This document shows, piece after piece, positions 33,901-43,983 of a stretch of DNA of 64,000 bases. Each line of letters begins with the position of its first letter. The stretch's first letter is position 1. The position numbers and the translations under genes are program-made. The DNA is from Laetmonice hystrix (taxonomy: Eukaryota), in NCBI GenBank assembly GCA_965235115.1, contig OZ249445.1, forward strand, positions 744,001-808,000. Direction: 5' to 3'. The notes below the pieces were generated by a model. That model was not told the DNA's origin. It made no database searches and worked only from the letters and a program-made list of their open reading frames with translations.

Positions 33901-36900
33901 CCATCTCCACGCTTCAGTCAGAGTCAGACAGCAGTACTCATGCCTACCTGTAAAAGTGGGTAGAAAACAATTGTGGATAAAAACGGAATACAATTTCATG
34001 CTTATAATAAATTTGGCAGTTTTAGTTTCACAGTTTCTATCCAAAAGTTGTCAAAACTGTTGATACCAAACTGTGACGATTTCTGTTAACCTAATTAACA
34101 TTATCCAATATTAAACTGCTTGGGCCAATAATACTTTTGATATGTTATGATGGATTCATCCTGTCTTCATAATGCCTTTTTTAAAATTTGTCGGGTGGTC
34201 TTTTAATAGGGTTTATCTTATATTATATATACAGGGTAATTCAATCCCCAGAATATAAATTACATGTACTGTGAATAAAGTAACCAAGTTTACCAGTAGT
34301 GTTAGTCTGTTACTCCTTCTGGGGCCATTTCAAAACGACTCAGTTGTCCAATGGTAGTTCAGGAGCAAATATCAGACATTGAAGTCCAAAACATCTGGAG
34401 CTGACATCCTGGAGTCTGTCATAGTTCGGATCCCACTCATTATTTGTTATAACTTGGAGACTCACTCTTGGATTGTTTGGTTTATGGAGAAAGTTCTGTG
34501 AGTTCCAACAATCTGCCTCACATCTGTAGTGTCAATGTGTTTGGTTCATCACTTGGGTGTGTGATGATCTCAGGATGAGCCATTATTGATATTTGTCATG
34601 GTGTAGTCACTGCTGTACATTCAGGCCGTGGGATCCTAGAATAAAACCTGACAAAACAAAACAATAAAATAAGAATTTACAATAAGCCAGGTTGAATCAA
34701 GTTAATTAGTTTTGTACCTCTATCTGCAAGGTGACATTAATTACCTCTCATTTTAATTCATCAATCAACTATAGGCTTCCCATTCTAAATGGCAGCACAT
34801 GTCACAAATAACGAAAAGTGCCAGAAGAGGATTGTTTGACAAACGAGTGACAAAGAAATGGCAGCCCCTAAACTGGTTCTTTGTACCCTTACAAATTCTT
34901 CGAAATATCTTACAAATTTGTTGAGATTCTATGATGAAATACATCTTCAGTATACGTACCGGCCACTGACATCTGACTCGCTGCGATGGAGTATCGAGCT
35001 GTTGGCTTGACTTGTGCAGAATTTTCTTTTGATGACTTGCAAGGGAGAGCTTCCGTGTCTTTGTCTTGGCGTCGTAGATATTTGACATTATAATTTTCTA
35101 GCTAATCATTACCTGCCCTACAATATTATTGATGATCTTAGGAGAGTCCCTCGGACAGTTGTAACTACAGACATGATTACATGCCTGGATAAATATCTAC
35201 CACCACCCGAAAGTTTCTGAGACAAAGCTAGATGATAAAATGTGGTCCAATCTAAACTACTAGTAATTTCCATCCCCATCCAGAATTTCCCATGACACGG
35301 CTAATTCCTAGTCGGCCTGATCACACTGATCCTGCACACATATAGGTTTCACAGGCGCCACAGGTCCTTACTGGATGATCTCACCATCTGAAGTAATGTT
35401 GAGACAATTCAGTGTCAGTTAGAGTTCAGGTCTTGGTATTTCCATGTGCGAGACAAAAACTATCCTTTGATAAAAGCATTGACTTTTAATTGTAGTTAAT
35501 CCTGCACCGACTTTACTCGAGGGGACCTGACTGCCCGAGGCAAACTTTATATGTGGTCGACTTGTGCTGGTGAACCTGTAGGGAAGAAAGCCAAGACCTC
35601 GTCTGGTAAGTAACAAATCACTGCTCGAGACAATTCAAATTACCGGTATAATTTTCTAGCTAATCATTATCTGCCCTAGAACATTATTCACAATCTTAGG
35701 AGAGTTTTTCAAACAGCCCGAAACTACAAACATGATTACATGCCTTGATGAATATTTACCACCACCCAAAAGTTCCTATGACAAAGCTAGATGATAAAAT
35801 GTGGTTCAACTACTAGTAATTTCTATTCCCACCCAGAATTTCCCATGACACGGCTAATTCCTAGCGAATTCCCTTCTCTTTACATGTTCCTTTCAGTTTT
35901 ACACAGGGGGACCTGACTGTCTGGAACACATTCTACATGCACATTTGTAAGTGATCATCCACCAACATTCAATATAAACTTACCATGATCACAATTCTTG
36001 TGAAGTGGCGGTCAGATGGTGGATCATACAGGCGCCCTCTGCTGGTAATCTTGTAGGGAAGTAAGCCAAGACCTCGTCCGGACGGTCGACATTCGACATT
36101 ATAATTTTCTAGCTAATCATTACGTGCCCTACAATATTATTGATGATCTTAGGAGAGTCCCTCGGACAGTTGTAACTACAGACATGATTACATGCCTGGA
36201 TAAATATCTACCACCACCCAAAAGTTTCTGAGACAAAGCTAGATGATAAAATGTGGTCCAATCTAAACTACTAGTAAATTCCATCCCCATCCAGAATTTC
36301 CCATGACACGGCTAATTCCTAGTCGGCCTGATCACACTGATCCTGCACACATATAGGTTTCACAGGCGCCACAGGTCCTTACTGGATGATCTCACCCTCT
36401 GAAGTAATGTTGAGACAATTCAGTGTCAGTTAGAGTTCAGGTCTTGGTATTTCAATGTGCGAGACAAAAACTATCCTTTGATAAAAGCATTGACTTTGTA
36501 ATCGTAGTTAATCCTGCACCGACTTTACTCGAGGGGACCTGACTGCCCGAGGCAAACTTTATATGTGGTCGACTTGTGCTGGTGAACCTGTAGGGAAGAA
36601 AGCCAAGACCTCGTCTGGTAATTAACAAATCACTGGTATAATTTTTACAGGTGAAGTTAGGCATCCGAGTAAGAAGGTATAAACTGACAGGCAGGCAAGC
36701 TGAATGACAGGCCAGCAGGCAGACAGACACGCAAGTTACTGAGCAGGAAGCAGGCAGGTCGTAAGACAGACAGACAGGCAGGAGGGAACGATCGCAGACA
36801 GGCAGGCAGTCAAGCAGGCGGTAAGGCAGGCAGGCAGGCTGCCAGGTAGTGAAAGCAGGCACGCAGGAAAGCAGGGGATTGGCCAGGCAGGACGGCACGC

Positions 36901-39900
36901 AGATTGGCACGCATAGGCACACCGCTCCACACACCCACCCACCCACCCAAAACCCCACATTACCACATGTCCACCAGAGTACCCAGCGGACCACCCACCC
37001 AACCAGACAACCCACCCAACCGGCCACCCATCTGACCACACACCCACCCACCCATCGATCCACCCGACAAGACCTAAACGAGCGACCCGAAAAGCAACCC
37101 AACCGACCGTCCAAACAACCGAACCAACCACTGAGCTCACCCACATCCATCTCTTGTCTACACCTCTTACTGGATGGACAACTGTCAAATTACCTGAAGA
37201 AAATACTAGATGAATGCATGCATCCATACAATATGGAATCATACCCTTCTCCCTAATAAATCTGCATTTTCTTAAACCCAGGAGAAAAGAAAATTAAGCC
37301 CAGCCACTCTGTATCGATGCTTTTGTATGAGAATTCCAGTAAAGGATTCAGCAACAAGATAGTCTTGATATTTCAAAGTTAGCATCCTCTAATCCCAACT
37401 CACGTCTAATATTGCTAGGGTGAGATAAGTTTTGAACTCGCTCACAACAGGTTTCAGATAAAGTATCTACAACACATGTTCTCCTTGCCTGCGTTGACAA
37501 AGCAAGTTTGATTTTGTTTAACGCTGTGCAATAATCAGCTCCTGTTATTACATAACTGCTCGGGGTAATGCTTCAATTCAGCACCAATAGAGCAGTATAG
37601 CCCACTGACAACTGCAGATCATGGCATGCCTGCCCTTTTATTTTGGGGTCGTCCCAGGCTCCTGGGCAGCAATTAAGCAGCCATTATTAGAACAGGATTC
37701 TGCAACAAACATGTTTTGATATTTCAAAGTTAGGATCCTGCGGTCCCAGCTCACTTCTAGCAGTGCTAGGCCTAGGGTGAGATAAGCTTTGAACTCGCCT
37801 GCAACAGGTTTTAGAGGAAGTACAACATGTTCTCACGATCCTTGCATGTGTAAGACATAGTTTGCTGAATTAACAGGTGAAACACAGCTCTCTTCAAGGT
37901 TCCACTCTATAGGCTTACTCCCCATCTCCATCGCGTTAGCTTATACAAGCTATGTATCTCCATCTCGTTAGCTTATACAAGCTATGTATGGTACTGTGCC
38001 TACTGCTACATATTTATGTCATACAAAATCCCACAACACTTTCAAAAAATGTATTTTCTTTTATACTCTCCAAGTTGGCTCTGTGGAATGATCTCATTTG
38101 CTCTACAGTAGAGATTCAGAACAGACCTCTGAAATGACATTACACTCACACTGTATCAGCCCATGGTATACCCTACATACACATGGGGTAGTATAGACTC
38201 CAAGATATTTTCAAATACATAGGCCTACTGTCTTCTGGGCAACAGCCCAGGCTCAGTCAGGCTCCCCAAAAATTGTAGGCCTAACACTCTACGCTGGTAG
38301 TACATGTACCCACAGCCACTCTGTCCTCATCATTCAACAGACAAGACAGAGACTTTAGGGCCCTACCTAGCAGGGGGGGGGGGGGGCAGATCACCCTTCC
38401 CCCTGGCCCCCGGTTCTAAAAAAGGTCCAGCAAAGACCGACGGTATCTAAACAATACCTAAGATGTGGATCCATCCAAAATATATTTGCTGCTCTGAGTG
38501 ACAGAATCAGCACACCGTCTGTGGCCTTGACTTCAATCTCATTGAATACCAATTTACCATCGCTCCAAACCAAAGCTATCCGGTAACCGGAAGCCAAAGT
38601 GTATACAGACACCCTATTTAGGTTCTTGTCTCCCCTCATTTCCTCTGGAACCCGGTAGGTAGCGCTGTTTTGTGGGGTGTACTGTTAGTGTTAGTCATGG
38701 TTAGTTGTCAGTATTATGTTAGTTTGTGAGGTGAGGTGAAAGCTAGGAAGCCCCAATTAACCTTCAGCGCCACCTAGCGGAAATCAGTGGGGGATGGAAG
38801 ACAAGGAAGTTGAACTATAAATGGTATCGATACACTACACCTTTGGTTTCGAGCAATGTATAAATCAATGATCATAGGATTCAAATCAAAAGTCACTCAA
38901 GTTTAGCATAGATAAATCGCAGTCATCTTTTGAAATAATAGGCCTACTGATAAAAAAGTTTAGGCCTATTACCGATGGGAATGACAATGCCAGAAATAGG
39001 CATAGAGTCTCCCCATCTGCAAGCACTCTGGCTTATTGTTGATGAGCAAGATAAGTTGAACTTGCTCACTTGTCTAGAGGCAATACAGATCCTACTACCA
39101 CATGCTCTATTTGAAAATATTACAACCCCCTCATTCTTACTTGAGGAGAAATTCTATACTTTTTAAGACCTTGCTTTGTTATAGGCCTACACACACACAA
39201 CAAAACGGGGGAATTTCACATTCTAGGAACACAAATCATTCCCTCTCATAGTCATACAACTTGTACAATATCTGGGGATCCAAACCACAAGGGTAAACAC
39301 CCCATCAAGTCATTGATGAACGCCAGAGGGAGTTGGCGGAGGCTCAACCCCTGCTATCCAAGTGGTTGCATCTATACTAACACCTTTCACAGAGAGACTG
39401 GGCCTAGGTTTTCTATCAGACATTAAACAATTAACCACAGCAGTATCTGAATAGCAGGCCTAAATTGAGGCGAAATAATCAAGTCAAAAACAACTGCTGG
39501 GTGGAATCAATCCGACACTGATTTTTCTATAATGTTGGCCAGTCATCATTAATTTAAATCCAATTATGTACGCTGGTAATTTTGCAGGAAAAGATTTGAA
39601 AAAAGAGACATAATTTTGTCTTGTAAAACGAGAGTTCCAATGACAATGTTTACATGCCAAGGGAGCAGGTCTGTATGAAATTAAATGAAACGACACTTCT
39701 CTGTTACAGAGCTGTTGTTCGACCGATGACGTCTGACATCTATGGCTGTATCGGCTATAATGGTTGCTGACTCGGTTCGAGTTAACCTCTTCCTCTCGGA
39801 TGTTGTCGTCCATTTCCCTGAAAATGCATGGAAAGAAAATATCACGTAAGTGAAATCCTTTATAAGAAAATTAAAATTAGGATCCCTTCACCGAATATCT

Positions 39901-40224
39901 TATGGATTATGATTAGAAATTGTAGAGTGTTCGAAACCTTGAGGCAAGGTATTGCCTCTGTGCTAGGCCTCGTTTGCTGGCACCTGGCACGACACTCAGT
40001 CAAGGCCAATTTTAGTTCTATCCTATAGTACAGGCTTAGGAACTGATAGGCCCTGCCCCGACGCCCGAAACCTACAACCCCTTATGATGACTTTTTGAAA
40101 CACCCGTTTGCATTTGGCCTGTTTGACCTGCTTCGCCCGCCTCCCCGCCGCTATCGTTGACGACGCTGTGTGAGGTTTGGGCGGGAAACTCGGCCCCGCA
40201 CGCTGCCGCATCACGCCACAACAT
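30982..40224 (-). CDS. Predicted orphan protein (~202 aa), 6-exon model, function unknown
   Basis: Model 40224-40128, 39817-39708, 38681-38558, 37193-37141, 33366-33203, 31042-30982. All junctions are GT-AG and phase-compatible. The last four exons give YTPQNSATYRVPEEMRGDKNLNRVSVYTLASGYRIALVWSDGNLTVVHPVRGVDKRWMWDDNYHIAIYCVSNCVLCIFHERAIPECSEMYDWLSRKKELNDQKLQHRATLYKNRKKAEVQEDYMDVAGRTDLE*. The first two exons have weak donors (GTCAAA, GTAACA). No family recognised. Confidence 0.5.
31652..31856. repeat. ~102-bp tandem duplication
   Basis: CTAAATCAAACCTA...CGACCCCTGCCCATACT occurs twice back to back with a few substitutions. Confidence 0.85.
35085..36625. repeat. Local duplication: two ~525-bp near-identical copies with a degenerate partial copy between them
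   Basis: 35085-35610 and 36097-36625 share ACATTATAATTTTCTAGC...AAGACCTCGTCTGGTAA; 35648-35865 is a more diverged partial copy. Confidence 0.9.
36685..37140. repeat. Degenerate (CAGG)n and (ACCC)n microsatellite tract
   Basis: Runs of GGCAGGCA and CACCCACC directly after the donor of the 37193-37141 exon; source of ORFs 36452-37256. Confidence 0.85.
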
Positions 40225-41939
40225 GGCGACGTCACTGTGCAGACCCGTCTGCCTCAGTGAAAAATCCGGACAACTTTCGACAAATTACCATCCTAACAAT
40301 CCGAATACATCCTACCAACCAATAGCGACATATTTAAAACTCCTTTTGATTGCTCGGTGTGATTATTGACTACATAAAATATAGATTCATGCCAACAATG
40401 AGGGTCGACAATTGATCAACGCCAACCATTTCAAGGCGATCAGGGCACGAGTGCTATCATTACCGTGGTACAAGTCCTACCGCTCGAAGACAACACCTGC
40501 GCCAATTATCCGCTAATCGGAATTAACAGGTCTACCTCGATAAACCCCGAGAGTCCACTCGTTTCGGGGACTAACACTGAAATGTCCGAAGTCAGGCCGC
40601 CCTCCTGACTTCTGTTCTATAGCCCTACACGACGGTAGCCTAAATCAGCCCTGATTCTACGCCCCCCCCCCCCCCGGCTCATGTAGGTCTAGGCTACTTA
40701 CTTTTGACGCCGAGGAGGCCTTGTCAGTTTCTTTCGGGTTGCGGGTCGATTTTTAGAATTTGCCCGTTGAGTGTGCGGGACAGAGAGACATCTCGTTGAC
40801 GCGTCTGGCTGCTTTGGGCCCGCAACTCCGAATGACAAAAATGACGATGTTTCGATGACGCGTGCCAAACGCTGCATACATTAACTGCCCGGAGACAGTG
40901 CATTAGCCAATCACCGTATCGCGCCTGACGTACTGGGGTGGGGCATAGACTCTTGCATTCAGATGATTGACGTCTGCTGTCGTCTGCGCCTGCACTTTCG
41001 GTGCCTGGTTTCACGTATGGGCAACGTCATGCATGCATGGTAGCATCTTCAGGCCTGCAGGGCCTAGATCTACACAGGATATTCGGGAGGGGGGGGGGGG
41101 ACGTCTTCTGAAAATGGACCTTTGGGAGTGATGATACAAGCTCCGTACATGCATCGCCTTGTGGGGAGGGCCATGAATGAATATATGAATTTGCGAGCCC
41201 CGTCTTTTCATATCTGTAGATCTAGGGCTATAGGCTGTGGACGTAGGCCTACGTGCATGATGACCCATGCATGCCTCATGGGGATGGGCGTACGTACCTT
41301 TCGCACCCCCCCCCCCCCCACACACACACACCTTTGCAAGTAAAAGTCTATCGCTATGCCAGCAATGCTGACCCTAAATCTTACCTTAATTATAGGCCTA
41401 ACCCCTGACCTCGGTCCACAAATCCCCCAATCACGTAAGGTCCCCAGCCTATCTCTTAGGTAGGCCTACAACCTGAACCCCGGGGTTCTATAGGGCCTTA
41501 TAGCCCCCTATTACTATAGTTTTAGTGAAAGCTTATCCTTAAAAAGTCTGTGCCCCCCCCCCCCTTAAAAATATCCTGGATTCATGCCTGGTAAATTTGG
41601 CCATACGCAGGGCCTTTTCAGTCGAGAAGGACTAGTAGGCCTGTAGCATGGGGCAATTAATGCACGCCCCCCACCCCCACCCCCACCCCCACCCGGGCGT
41701 TTCTGACTCTGGTGAATATATAGCTAGGCCTATAAGGGTCCCGGTCCTCCCCCCTGGGCAGACTTGTTTTCCCAGCGTGACTTCCAAGGCTGGCTACTGG
41801 CAACTATGCTCATTGCTGTACTCTACCTGGAGTTTGGAAAGCCTCGCACACACCACCACCGTGCCACCCATTCCCCAGTCGAAACGGTCAATATACACCA
41901 GCGCCTGCTGGCGGCACTTTTGTGAAACTTTGCAAGCCG

Positions 41940-42658
41940 AAATTATTTCACTCATGTGAATCATACCATCACACGTTCAGCACGATTCGTTCGACAATTC
42001 GCTTAGAATATGCGGAAACCACAATCATTATTACAACCTTTAATTTCTTAAATCCCTCTTAATACACGATAATCATGATTTCGTTCCTCACTATGAACGT
42101 TTAAGGCGCCGAGGCGAAGTTCCACCGCAGCCGGTGAATCATGATTCATGCGCACATCATGGGGTCCTCGGCAAACGGTGCTGCCATCTATCGTTTTGAC
42201 GTGGAACTAAATTACGTGAATATTAGTTCAGAGTTAAAACGATAGATGGCAACACCATTATGTTACGGTGCCGTGCCGCAGTGGCGCTACTGTCTGCTGT
42301 CAAAATTATTTCACATCAACACCACACGTTCAACAAGATTCGTTTGACAATAATTCACTTAGAATCTGCGGAAACCACAATCATCATTACAACCTTTGAT
42401 TTCTTAAATCCCTCTTGATACGCAATAATCATTATTTCGTTCCTCACTATAAACGTTTAAGGCGCCGAAGCGAAGCGAAGTCCCACCGCAGCCGGTGAAT
42501 CGTGATTCATGCGCACATCATGGGGTCCCCGGCAAACGGTGCTGCCATCTACCGTTTTGACGTGGAACTAAATCACGTGAATATTAGTTCAGAGTTAAAA
42601 CGATAGGTGGCAGCACCATTATGTTACGGTGCCGCTGTGGCGCTACTGTCGGCTGTCA
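41940..42658. repeat. Tandem pair of ~360-bp elements, each with an 80-nt hairpin
   Basis: Copies 41940-42302 and 42303-42658. Arms GGTGCTGCCATCTATCGTTTTGAC / GTTAAAACGATAGATGGCAACACC at 42177-42256, homologous hairpin at 42538-42617. Confidence 0.85.
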
Positions 42659-43185
42659 CAGTATGATTGTGTTGGCCCGGTGTAGGTGTTGCGCTGCGCT
42701 TCGGCACTTCAAACATCAATAACGATGAACAGACACAAACACTGATCGATAATGATCGACTATCATATATCAAGCAGGGATAAGGTATCAATAGCTGAAA
42801 GTGAAATGGTCATAACATTTTATTAGGCTAATTAGCGTTATTGTAAGAGAATCTCCAGCTATCCACATGTGTTTTGGCGAAGTTATCTAAAATATGACTA
42901 AATCCCCGCCAGTAGCCTAGCCTGAGTAGGAATAGCCTAGGCCTAGGCGCTGCATGCCGCCTCTTAGGCCCCTAATTGTCTTGACTTGAGTCTTGACCGT
43001 GTGGCCCTTCGGCTTCGGCGTTGCCGTTGTTGGTAGACAGGTCGTTTTGTCCGAATTATTCATCCGTGACTGGTTGACAAGTCAGTGGCGGATTTAGGGA
43101 CCCGCCCCCCCCCCCCCCCCCACGTTTTTTCAAAAACAGGGTTGGTCCCCCTGCGAGACTGAGTGACCCTTGCCCATGTCAGGTA

Positions 43186-43290
43186 GCACTAGATGGCAGC
43201 ATCATTTAGCCGGCAATGATTAGTTCCAATACAAAACACTAGATGGCAGCCGGCAATGATTAGTTCCAATACAAAACACTAGATGGCAGC
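43186..43290 (+). promoter_or_regulatory. Three tandem CTCF-like motifs upstream of the XRCC6 coding exon
   Basis: CACTAGATGGCAGC at 43187, 43237 and 43277; the last two lie in a 40-bp tandem repeat. Matches the CTCF core CCACYAGRKGGCR by eye. Confidence 0.45.
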
Positions 43291-43845
43291 ACCACTGACT
43301 GACTTCAGCCCTAGTAGTCGGCGAGGATTCCAGCATAATCATTGTACGAACTGTGTCGCTGGGAAAAGAGAAACTCTAGTAATTTCTGCCTTTTCAAACC
43401 TATACATTGTTTCTATAACCATTTATACAATTCCATTTTATACATCAGGTTTGCTGTCAGGTTGATGGTGGTACAGTATGACAGGTCAGAAGTCGGCAGG
43501 CATGAGTGAGCGATAATATGAGTAGTTAGCTTCATCAGCGATGAGTTACCTTGGCCTTGCCTGCTGTGCCTGTTTACAACTGTTGAATGTTGCATCTACC
43601 ATGACTTACAGGACTTGGGCATTAAATTGGCACGGTGTCGAGGGGGAGCACCTCTGAGTCGGGCTGACCATCCCCAAATCACTCAAACTGTTACAGTCAA
43701 AGTATTTATTTCCCCATTATGACTGTATGAACCAATTCTAAAATTAAAAAAATTATTTTTAAAATATAGGCCTACATGTATAGATCCATACATTTGAGGT
43801 TTAAAAAATGAAGCACAAGTAGAAACTGTCCTAAGAGGCTAAGTT

Positions 43846-43983
43846 TTCTGGTAGTTGTCCTGGTTATATTGTTTATAGCCAACCGTCATGGCTGATTGGA
43901 AGTGGGGCGATCAGTTTCTGGTAGTTGTCCTGGTTATATTACAGCTAACCGTCATGGCTGATTGGAAGTGGGGCGATCAGTTT
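43846..43983 (+). repeat. ~66-bp duplication containing the XRCC6 acceptor and start codon
   Basis: TTTCTGGTAGTTGTCCTGGTTATATT..AG..AACCGTCATGGCTGATTGGAAGTGGGGCGATCAGTTT twice; ATGs at 43888 and 43954 are in frame. Confidence 0.93.

Noticed and set aside
35125-35225. TTGATGA...CTGA in the duplicated block as a C/D snoRNA
   Set aside because: No terminal stem, no recognisable rRNA complement, and antisense to the predicted host gene.
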